This document shows positions 1-6,669 of a stretch of 32,000 nucleotides of DNA, piece by piece. Position numbers and translations under genes: made by a program. Position 1 is the stretch's first letter. Each line of letters begins with the position of its first letter. The DNA comes from Candidatus Saccharimonadota bacterium (lineage in GTDB: Bacteria > Patescibacteriota > Saccharimonadia > Saccharimonadales > Saccharimonadaceae), in the NCBI GenBank assembly GCA_001897305.1, contig MKSO01000001.1:150001-182000 (forward strand). Reading direction: 5' to 3'. The notes beneath the pieces were generated by a model. That model did no database searches. It was given only the letters and a program-made list of their open reading frames with translations, and was not told where the DNA came from.

Positions 1-326
1 GTCCGGGCAGCATAGGACACGACAGTCGCTAACGGCGACCGGGGGTAACCCTAGGGAAAGTGCCACAGAAACAATACCGCCTCGCTACAAAAAGGTGTTA
101 TCAGGTGAAAGCTCGGTAATTACCAAGAGGTAAGGGTGAAATGAGTGGGGTAAGAGCCCACAGCGTCATATGGTGACATATGGAGAAGGTAAACCCTGTC
201 GGCTGCAAGGAGATCAACACAAAAGAGTAGTCCGCTCGTTGGTCGATACCCGCTTGAATACGCTAGTAATGGTGTATCTAGATAGATGGTCGTCCTCGAC
301 AAAACCCGGCTTACAGGTTGGCTGCC
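1..326 (+). ncRNA. rnpB: RNase P RNA, bacterial type A, 5' end cut by window edge
   Basis: Conserved rnpB blocks read directly: GTCCGGGC at 1-8 (P4 strand), AGGGAAAGTGCCACAGAAA at 53-71, GGTAAGGGTGAAA at 129-141, GGTAAGAGCCCAC at 149-161, GGTAAACCC at 188-196, GACAAAACCCGGCTTA at 298-313. These parallel E. coli M1 RNA. A terminator follows. The exact 3' end is approximate. Confidence 0.88.
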
Positions 327-329
327 AAT

Positions 330-359
330 AAAAACGCCCTCTTCTACGAGGGCGTTTTT
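330..359. terminator. Bidirectional rho-independent terminator shared by rnpB (+) and the Tim44-like gene (-)
   Basis: Perfect 12-bp stem AAAAACGCCCTC (330-341) / GAGGGCGTTTTT (348-359) with a 6-nt loop. An A-run on the left and a T-run on the right are built into the arms. Confidence 0.75.
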
Positions 360-360
360 C

Positions 361-1755
361 TTATAATCGAAGTTCTTTAAAGGCCTTGAGGGCGATGGTG
401 AGCATTTTGTTGTATTCTTCCGCACTGATGACCGTACTTGAGTTGACTAGGGATTTCACCATAAATAGCGTAGTGTCAGCGACTTCTATGTTGATGCCGG
501 GGTCATTGTCGTATAAATATGCCATAAAGCCGGGGTTTATGAGTTCGAAAGAGGCTAGTCGGTCGGCATTCGTGGCGTATACCTCGTAACGATTGTTAAA
601 ATCGGGCCATTCGTAAGTGTATTTTTTATAATTTTTTGGCATCCCCGAGAACGCTTTGAGGAAAGGGAATACTTTTGTCTTGCGCCTTACGACAATCCCT
701 TCGTAAGAACGGGGGAGGGTAAGCTGGACGATGAGCATATTGGCTGCGCTGTTCTTTGGATTCGGATTGTAGGTATAGAGCTGGAACAGCAGCCCATTGT
801 AGTAACCGATCGTATGGTTATTGATATCACTGACACCAAATCGGCCGCTTCCTAAGAGGACCCCTCTTTTTGGAATGAGCAGCCACCCCATATCAAGTGA
901 ATAATACAGTCCATTTTGCTGTGCAAACTGAATAAGTGATTGGTTAGCTTGTCGTTTATCGGCGGTTTGCTGGGCAATGTCCGCTAGTAGCCAGGTGGTT
1001 TCACTGCGCACAAAGGTCCAGGCTTCTACGAATGAACTATTGTCTGTATATAACACCGAGCCATCGGTGTCGATTAATTGGTCTTTTGCTGTTGCTTCAA
1101 ATAATACAGTATAGGTATCTTTATTGGCTGCAGATGTATCGTCTACGGCATCAATGATGGCAGCACCACCAATACGTACGTTGCTCATTCTATTTGTTCG
1201 GCCAAGTTCTTTTAAAGCTTGTAGTAAAAGGGCGCTATGTTTTGCATAATCACGGGTGGTGTAGGTAGTGATACTTGCAAGGTTGAATTGCGACCAATCT
1301 TCTTGGTAGCGTAGGAAGCATTGACGTGCGTAGTCGAGCAGACTCGCTTCGTTCCAGCTAGCATCGGACTGACTGGCTTTTGCTATGGTTTGTCGTGTTT
1401 TTTTGATACGATTCGCAAGACGCTCCCATAGCCCGAAGAAGGCGGTAGACCACCCGATCCATATACCTATGGTTATAACAGAGGCTACGTAGATGCTAAA
1501 GAACCCACCGAGCATAAAGCCGATTATGAGTAGAATAATACTTACAAGGCTTGCGAAGGTTGCGCTGATAATAAGTTCAAGCTTTCTAGAGAAGAATTTC
1601 TTGATCAACTTACCTAAGTAGTGGCTCGGAACGGCTCCGAGCAGTATGAGGAATTCCGCACCGCCTCCGCCTCCGCCGCTACTAGAAGAGCCGCCACCAC
1701 CGGCGCGGGCGATGAGCTCTAGAGATGGAATTATAGAGAAAAGTGAATTGAACAT
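361..1755 (-). CDS. Membrane protein with a Gly/Ser-rich linker, TM helices, a Tim44-like domain and a C-terminal domain of unknown function (possibly DUF3137-like)
   Basis: The ORF is open to a GTG at 1821. Met23 (ATG at 1755-1753) gives an 18-aa signal-like peptide (MFNSLFSIIPSLELIARA) directly before GGGGSSSSGGGGGG, as in bacterial Tim44-family (COG4395-type) proteins. The central segment (WNEASLLDYARQCFLRYQEDW...WTFVRSETTWLLADI) fits the Tim44-like pattern. An extended -10 (TGgTACTAT, minus strand, 1774-1766) lies 11 nt upstream of this ATG. Confidence 0.7.
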   Translation of the reverse strand: MFNSLFSIIPSLELIARAGGGGSSSSGGGGGGAEFLILLGAVPSHYLGKLIKKFFSRKLELIISATFASLVSIILLIIGFMLGGFFSIYVASVITIGIWIGWSTAFFGLWERLANRIKKTRQTIAKASQSDASWNEASLLDYARQCFLRYQEDWSQFNLASITTYTTRDYAKHSALLLQALKELGRTNRMSNVRIGGAAIIDAVDDTSAANKDTYTVLFEATAKDQLIDTDGSVLYTDNSSFVEAWTFVRSETTWLLADIAQQTADKRQANQSLIQFAQQNGLYYSLDMGWLLIPKRGVLLGSGRFGVSDINNHTIGYYNGLLFQLYTYNPNPKNSAANMLIVQLTLPRSYEGIVVRRKTKVFPFLKAFSGMPKNYKKYTYEWPDFNNRYEVYATNADRLASFELINPGFMAYLYDNDPGINIEVADTTLFMVKSLVNSSTVISAEEYNKMLTIALKAFKELRL

Positions 1756-1856
1756 AGGTAGTTCTATAGTACCATGCTGGGCATATTGGTGGGTGTATAA
1801 ACCAAACAAAAAACTGGCCACCCGCTAGGGATGACCAGTTTATGTAATAAGAAGAA

Positions 1857-2201
1857 TTACTTGGTTGCTGCTTTAACAATAGCCTTGAACGCTTGTGGTT
1901 CAGAAACGGCTAGCTCGGCCAAAGCCTTGCGGTCTACCTCAATGTTAGCGGCTTTGAGTCCGGCAATGAGTTTACCGTAAGTGGTACCTTCAAGGCGGGC
2001 CGCTGCATTAATACGGGTAATCCAGAGAGCACGAAGGTCGCGCTTTCGGTTGCGACGGTCGCGGTAGCTGTACTCGAGTGCACGGGTAACGGCTTGCTTA
2101 GCAAGACGGAAGCTGCGGGTGCGGTTGTGTTGCATACCCTTAGCTTGTGCTAATACTTTTTTGTGGCGGTTGCGTGCGGTGACGCTTTTCTTAACTCGCA
2201 T
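1857..2201 (-). CDS. rplT: 50S ribosomal protein L20
   Basis: 114 aa, [17 protein letters not shown]...[23 protein letters not shown], the typical L20 sequence. It sits in the canonical infC-rpmI-rplT order. Confidence 0.97.
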   Translation of the reverse strand: MRVKKSVTARNRHKKVLAQAKGMQHNRTRSFRLAKQAVTRALEYSYRDRRNRKRDLRALWITRINAAARLEGTTYGKLIAGLKAANIEVDRKALAELAVSEPQAFKAIVKAATK

Positions 2202-2263
2202 AGTCTGTTGTTCTCCTTATAGTCGTAGGCGGGATTGCTAGCTTTAAAGCCGGCAGTGTCCTC

Positions 2264-2458
2264 TTAGACGCCCAGAGCTCGCTTAATATTTTTAGCGGTA
2301 CCACCAGTAACGGTGGCAGTTGTGTTGATGCGGCGCTTACGGCTCTTGCTTTTCTTAGCAAGAAGGTGAGCACCAAAGGCGCGTTGGCGGGTAACTTTAC
2401 CGGTTTTGGTAATTTTTACGCGCTTGGCAGTCCCTTTGTGGGTCTTGAGTTTTGGCAT
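2264..2458 (-). CDS. rpmI: 50S ribosomal protein L35
   Basis: 64 aa, MPKLKTHKGTAKRVKITKTGKV..., the canonical L35 N-terminus. AGGAG SD upstream on the minus strand. Confidence 0.95.
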   Translation of the reverse strand: MPKLKTHKGTAKRVKITKTGKVTRQRAFGAHLLAKKSKSRKRRINTTATVTGGTAKNIKRALGV

Positions 2459-2504
2459 TGATATTCTCCTTATTACTTTCGGGGGTTACCCGAGGTCCCA
2501 GGTG

Positions 2505-3041
2505 CTACTTTTTACGGATAACAACGCTGAGGTTGCGTCCGGCCATAGTAGGCTGGTGCTCAAAGACGGCGTCTTCTTCAAGAAGGGTGCCGATTTTAGT
2601 AAGCATGTCGTAGCCAAGTTCTTTATGGGCCATTTCACGGCCGCGGTAGAAAATTTGGATACGCACTTTATGACCCTCGGCTAGGAACTCGCGGATTTTT
2701 CGCAGCTTGATCTCGAGGTCGCCCTGTCCGATCTTTAGCCCAAATCGCATTTGTTTGAGTTCACTTTGCTTGTTGTTGCGGCGGCTCTTTTGAGCCTCTT
2801 TCATCTTTTGGTACTGGTATTTACCCCAGTCGACAATTTTTGCAACAGGCGGTGCGGCGTTTGGTGAGATTTCAACCAGGTCCAGGCCTGCTTCTTCGGC
2901 TGCTTTAAGCGCGTCTTGGCGGCTCAAGATACCGAGCTGTTCGCCTGATTCTCCGATAACGCGTAGTTCATTTGCACGAATCTGCCCGTTGATACGAATT
3001 TGTTGGTTGATAACCTCTCCTTTTTCGCCCCTGTTATTCAA
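2505..3041 (-). CDS. infC: Translation initiation factor IF-3
   Basis: 178 aa with INGQIRANELRVIGESGEQLGILSRQDALKAAEEAGLDLVEISP and the C-terminal domain. The codon at 3041-3039 is TTG, so no ATG starts this ORF. An internal ATC or ATT start cannot be excluded. Confidence 0.93.
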   Translation of the reverse strand: MNNRGEKGEVINQQIRINGQIRANELRVIGESGEQLGILSRQDALKAAEEAGLDLVEISPNAAPPVAKIVDWGKYQYQKMKEAQKSRRNNKQSELKQMRFGLKIGQGDLEIKLRKIREFLAEGHKVRIQIFYRGREMAHKELGYDMLTKIGTLLEEDAVFEHQPTMAGRNLSVVIRKK

Positions 3042-3054
3042 GGGCTTCTTACCT

Positions 3055-3084
3055 AAAATCAGCCGAATCTATGGCGTTCGGCCG
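3055..3084 (-). terminator. Hairpin plus short U-run between comM and infC (comM terminator and/or infC leader attenuator)
   Basis: Minus-sense RNA: CGGCCGAA (3084-3077) / TTCGGCTG (3067-3060), 8 bp including one G-U, 9-nt loop, then AUUUU. On the plus strand the same position is an A-C mismatch, so the structure favours the minus transcript. It ends 13 nt before the infC start. Confidence 0.4.
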
Positions 3085-3108
3085 TTTTTGAGCGTTAACT
3101 CAGGATTA

Positions 3109-3137
3109 AGTTTAGCAGATTTAAGGGGTTAATACAA
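3109..3137 (-). promoter_or_regulatory. Candidate infC-rpmI-rplT promoter
   Basis: Minus strand: TTGTAT (3137-3132), 17-nt spacer, TGc-TAAACT extended -10 (-10 hexamer at 3114-3109). Confidence 0.35.
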
Positions 3138-3188
3138 GGGGTTAGCCGCTCTATTGCATAGCAGCTAGGCTATGTATGTATAGACCAG

Positions 3189-4712
3189 TTATGTTTGGTT
3201 TCGATATTGTAGTGCTTCTGCAATATGACTAGCCGTGATGCCCTCGGATGATTCTAGGTCGGCAATGGTCCGTGCGACGCGCAAGACTCGTAGATAGCCC
3301 CGGGTAGTTATAGCAAGTTTTTTGGTTGCTGTAGTGAGTAGCTCTTTTGCTTCGTTTGCTACCATGAAAAGCCGCTTTGCTTCATCTAAAGAAGCATAAG
3401 CATTGTAAAAGTCGCTACGATCGTACCGTTTTTTCTGAGCCTGTCTGGCCGCAAGCACTAACTTCTTCACCTTAAGTAGTTGTTTTTCTTGCAACGTATC
3501 TGCATTAAAAAAGTATTCACTAGGAATTTTGACAATGGTCATCCGTAGATCGATACGATCAAGTAAAGGCCCTGAAATTTTCTTCTGGTAGGCGGCAATT
3601 TGGGTTTGTGAACACGAACATGGGGTGCGCGTATCACCCAAATACCCACATGGACAAGGGTTCATAGTTGCGATCAACAAGATGTCGGCTGGATAGGTAA
3701 TGTGTTCATAGAGGCGCGATAGGCTTATGTGTCGATCCTCAAGTGGTTGGCGTAGTGCTTCTAGGCTGGTGCGCGGGTATTCGGGTAACTCGTCAAGGAA
3801 TAACACCCCTTTGTGGGCTAGGCTCAGTTCGCCCGGTTTGGGCCGGAGGCCGCCGCCAATTAAAGAGGTGAGGGTGGCACTGTGGTGGGGAGCCCTGAAA
3901 GGAGGCTTGGTGTAAATAATGGCCTCGTTACCACTGTTAAGACTGTGTAGTTTTGTTACTTCTATGACTTCTTCGAGCGATAGGTCGGGTAATAATTCAC
4001 TTAAGCTACGTGCCAATAATGTCTTGCCAGCCCCGGGTGAGCCTGAAAATAAGAGATTGTGCCGCCCTGCTGCAGCTATGGTTAATGCTCGTTTGGCCTG
4101 TTCGTGACCAATGATACTATCGAATAAAGGCCGGTCTGTTTCTTTCGTATGAGCAGTTTTTAGTTCGGCTTCGTAGGGCGGTTCAAACCCACGCACTACC
4201 TTAAAAAGCTGTTGCAGTGATTCTACGCCAATAATTTCTACTTCTTTTACTAATTTCGCTTGGCTGATGTTTTGTAGAGGTAGGAAAAGCCGCTGACAGT
4301 GGTTAGATTTGGCTAGTTCCGCAAAGGTAATAGCCCCGCGTATCGGCCGTATGGTGCCGTCTAGGGCGAGCTCACCAACAAAAAGGCTTCCCGCCACCTC
4401 TTTTGCCTTAAGCTGGCCACTAGCGACGAGAATACTGATGGCGATTGGTACGTCAAAATGCGTGCCGTCTTTCGGCAATTCAGCTGGCGCCAGGTTGATA
4501 GTAAGTTTTTGAGCAGGGAAGTCGAGTAGGGAATTACTAATAGCGCTTCGAACCCGCTGCCTGGCTTCATCGATAGCCTTGTTGCCCATACCAACAATCT
4601 GTAGTCCTGGCAGCCCATTCTTCATATCTGCCTCAACTTCAACTAATCGACCATCAAACCCCACCAACGCCCCCGACAACACCTTAGCAACCCTATTCTG
4701 CATCACACTCAT
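3189..4712 (-). CDS. comM: YifB/ComM family Mg-chelatase-like ATPase
   Basis: 507 aa. N-terminal Lon-protease-like domain (LVEVEADMKNGLPGLQIVGMGNKAIDEARQRVRSAI), Walker A (FSGSPGAGKT), Walker B (VLFLDELPE), CPCG zinc-type motif, and the C-terminal ITTRGYLRVLRVARTIADL typical of ComM. Confidence 0.92.
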   Translation of the reverse strand: MSVMQNRVAKVLSGALVGFDGRLVEVEADMKNGLPGLQIVGMGNKAIDEARQRVRSAISNSLLDFPAQKLTINLAPAELPKDGTHFDVPIAISILVASGQLKAKEVAGSLFVGELALDGTIRPIRGAITFAELAKSNHCQRLFLPLQNISQAKLVKEVEIIGVESLQQLFKVVRGFEPPYEAELKTAHTKETDRPLFDSIIGHEQAKRALTIAAAGRHNLLFSGSPGAGKTLLARSLSELLPDLSLEEVIEVTKLHSLNSGNEAIIYTKPPFRAPHHSATLTSLIGGGLRPKPGELSLAHKGVLFLDELPEYPRTSLEALRQPLEDRHISLSRLYEHITYPADILLIATMNPCPCGYLGDTRTPCSCSQTQIAAYQKKISGPLLDRIDLRMTIVKIPSEYFFNADTLQEKQLLKVKKLVLAARQAQKKRYDRSDFYNAYASLDEAKRLFMVANEAKELLTTATKKLAITTRGYLRVLRVARTIADLESSEGITASHIAEALQYRNQT

Positions 4713-4780
4713 AAAGCCATCTTACCGATCAAAACCAACAAAAGTCTTTAATTTTTAGCAACGATTATGCTTTGTTGGCA

Positions 4781-4903
4781 TTGAAGAGTGTGTCCATGGT
4801 ACATTTTTACGACCTCTGCAGCCCGAGTTGAATCAGGCGTAGAGACCCTGATGAAACCCGGAGCGAAGCCAGTCTAAAAATGTACCATGGACATGCTCTT
4901 CAA
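4781..4903 (+). repeat. 123-nt inverted-repeat hairpin element (candidate structured RNA or MITE-like insert)
   Basis: 28-nt arms at 4781-4808 and 4876-4903, with only two non-Watson-Crick positions. Both are G-U wobbles when read on the + strand. See findings. Confidence 0.5.
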
Positions 4904-4906
4904 GGT

Positions 4907-4935
4907 TTGTAAAACAGGGGTGAGTGTGGTATTAT
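4907..4935 (+). promoter_or_regulatory. ssrA promoter
   Basis: TTGTAA (4907-4912), 17-nt spacer, TGg-TATTAT extended -10 (TG 4927-4928, hexamer 4930-4935). The mature tmRNA 5' end lies 13 nt downstream of the -10. Confidence 0.55.
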
Positions 4936-4947
4936 GAGACTGTTCGT

Positions 4948-5353
4948 GGGGCTGACATATGCTTCGACGAGAGGACTTTAACAGGATATTCTGCACGTCG
5001 TTTTACACCCGTTAGGTGTTTATTTAATTGCAAACATTGTTGCAAAAGTAAAAGCAGGTTTTGCTCAGTTGGCTAGCGCCTTCCGTGCTCCTGTTTTTGC
5101 GCCAGCTCTAGTTTAATTACTATAGCCATCGATCTTCCTAAGGCAGCGTAGGGGAGTCGGTGTTATATGTACGCTGATTACATGCTATTTGGGCAGCTGC
5201 GAATAGTTTGGACATTTTCCAGCGCGACGCACTTTGCTATTTTTGTCGTATCTTTAGGCAAGGTCTGTCGTTAACAATGCAAATACGACTATGCGTGTAG
5301 ACGAATATCAGGTTACCTTTTGGACCCGGGGGCAGTACCCGGCAGCTCCACCA
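4948..5353 (+). ncRNA. ssrA: tmRNA (transfer-messenger RNA), one-piece
   Basis: 5' GGGGCTGACATATGCTTCGACGAG and 3' GGACCCGGGGGCAGTACCCGGCAGCTCCACCA align position-for-position with E. coli tmRNA termini. The acceptor stem GGGGCTG/CAGCTCC carries G3-U70. A resume codon in GCAAAC context sits at 5030, with the tag reading frame at 5030-5116. Confidence 0.92.
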
Positions 5354-5363
5354 CGAAATGATG

Positions 5364-5397
5364 AAATCCGCCTTTTTTATAGGGCGGATTTTTATAT
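5364..5397 (+). terminator. ssrA rho-independent terminator
   Basis: 9-bp stem AAATCCGCC (5364-5372) / GGCGGATTT (5383-5391), followed by T-rich sequence. Confidence 0.6.
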
Positions 5398-5422
5398 TGA
5401 ACAGCTATTTTATTGCCAAAAT

Positions 5423-5453
5423 AAATCGACCGCCTGCGAGGAACGGTCGATTT
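5423..5453. terminator. Second hairpin downstream of ssrA
   Basis: 10-bp perfect stem AAATCGACCG (5423-5432) / CGGTCGATTT (5444-5453) with an 11-nt loop. The T-run is weak on the + strand and a T-rich tract follows on the - strand. Function uncertain. Confidence 0.35.
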
Positions 5454-5771
5454 CGTGGAGTTTTTGCGGTGTTTTTTATTTTGGGCTCCTGGATAACTTT
5501 TTTACTCAGGAACTACCCCTATAATATGATGCCAAAGAGCTTACGTCAATAGTTTTTTTGAAGAATGTTTTAGTAAAAAAGACTACACGTTTTAAGCTTT
5601 CCACAGACGCTATATATGTAGGCATATGTTGGTTTAAACTAGCTATATAGCGCTTTGTTAAATTTGTTATGCTTGCAACATTTCTTTATAGGTAAAATAA
5701 TAAATCACGGCACCGTGCCAACCCAAGCGGGTGAGCCTGCGTGGGAGTACCTAGCGAAAGGAAGTGTTGCC

Positions 5772-6413
5772 ATGGGTGAGCCCGAAGCTGCAACCATCGA
5801 CAATTCAGCAGACTTGTTGCTAAGTCTACTCAGCCCGAGAGGCGTGGTTGACGGCAGCAAGTTGGTGAAAGCTGGCTTGCATCGTCTTGTCATGCGCCAG
5901 TATTTCGACGCCATCCGGCCCGAAATCAAGAATATGGTCGGGTGGCGGCCGCTGCAAGAGTTTGTCTACGCGCCGCACTGGCGTGAGACGACTAAAGAGG
6001 ATACACAGCAGGGAGAGAAGCGCACAGCGCAGTGGCGCCGACTACTCGAAGAGGAGGGAATCGCTAGTGAAATGGCGATTCAGATCTTCGACGGCGAGAA
6101 AATGCGCCAGCCTGCTCCGGATTACCGTCTGTTCCTGCTTCGAGATGGACGGCTGCTGCACTATGCGGGTGGATTCAATGCTGTCGTTTGGGAGAAGCCA
6201 GTGCTTTCTTACGGAGAACCCCTTGCCGTGCTCGATGCAATGGGCGACGGGTACGGCTCGTTTGGTCGGTCATCCGCCTGGTATTCTTTCATGATTATCA
6301 TGGGCGCCATGAACAAGGCGCTCGAAACGGCCATTCGACAGCGCGAGCGCATGCTCGATGAGCAACGCACACTCCACGCGCAGCTGGTACAGCTGGTGCA
6401 ACGCATCCAATAA
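5772..6413 (+). CDS. Hypothetical protein, GC-rich orphan with no family recognised and a C-terminal coiled-coil-like tail
   Basis: The ORF is open from 5655, but its first 40 codons run through AT-rich DNA. The ATG at 5772 has GAAAGGAAG as SD 7 nt upstream. A terminator follows. Composition differs clearly from neighbouring genes (see findings). Confidence 0.65.
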   Translation: MGEPEAATIDNSADLLLSLLSPRGVVDGSKLVKAGLHRLVMRQYFDAIRPEIKNMVGWRPLQEFVYAPHWRETTKEDTQQGEKRTAQWRRLLEEEGIASEMAIQIFDGEKMRQPAPDYRLFLLRDGRLLHYAGGFNAVVWEKPVLSYGEPLAVLDAMGDGYGSFGRSSAWYSFMIIMGAMNKALETAIRQRERMLDEQRTLHAQLVQLVQRIQ

Positions 6414-6420
6414 TTTCATA

Positions 6421-6482
6421 CGCCCCACATCACCATGTTGAGCAGCCGCTCCATGTCGATGACGTGGGGCGGTTTGCTTTTT
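6421..6482 (+). terminator. Terminator of the orphan ORF
   Basis: CGCCCCAC (6421-6428) pairs with GTGGGGCG (6464-6471), with partly paired interior, followed by GTTTGCTTTTT. Confidence 0.55.
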
Positions 6483-6492
6483 AGCGGTATTT

Positions 6493-6669
6493 CAAGCTTT
6501 TATTTAGACAATTTAAATAATATATACAACGATGTATATATATCTACGATAATAAAATAACAGATCAATAAAGAACATTTTAATAATAGAATGTTAATCA
6601 TACAACATATATACTTACAAAACCCTTGACCAAAAAAACTGTTTATGCTAAATTGAAAACAAGCTTTTA
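6493..6669. repeat. 157-bp extremely AT-rich cassette bounded by a 10-bp direct repeat
   Basis: CAAGCTTTTA occurs at 6493-6502 and again at 6660-6669. The interior 6503-6659 is very AT-rich (11 G+C in the 60 nt at 6541-6600, hand count). Confidence 0.5.
6626..6654 (+). promoter_or_regulatory. Strong sigma70-like promoter facing the ORF-free region
   Basis: TTGACC (6626-6631), 17-nt spacer, TGc-TAAATT extended -10 (TG 6646-6647, hexamer 6649-6654). Confidence 0.5.

Noticed and set aside
120-425. 101-aa minus-strand ORF
   Set aside because: It lies antisense across the RNase P RNA gene and its terminator. No SD and no recognisable protein features.
4846-4874. CTGATGA...GAA motif resembling a hammerhead ribozyme core inside the hairpin element
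   Set aside because: The sequence between CUGAUGA and GAA cannot form stem II (positions 10.1 and 11.1 would be A and C). The GAAA/A15.1 requirement is also not met, because it reads GAAG.
4781-4903. SRP (4.5S) RNA
   Set aside because: The size is about right and CCCGGAGCGAAGCCAG loosely resembles GUCCGGAAGGAAGCAGCC. However, no GNRA-capped helix 8 with the conserved symmetric and asymmetric loops can be drawn, and a 29-bp uninterrupted stem is unlike SRP RNA.
5291-5552. Two plus-strand ORFs (77 aa and 64 aa)
   Set aside because: They start inside the 3' domain of tmRNA and read through two terminator hairpins into AT-rich spacer. They are artefacts of the six-frame scan.
5887-6294. 135-aa alternative-frame ORF, and the antisense ORFs at 5705-5929 and 6209-6406
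   Set aside because: These are shadow ORFs typical of a GC-rich coding region. They are Arg/Ser-rich and lie inside the better-supported 5772-6413 frame.
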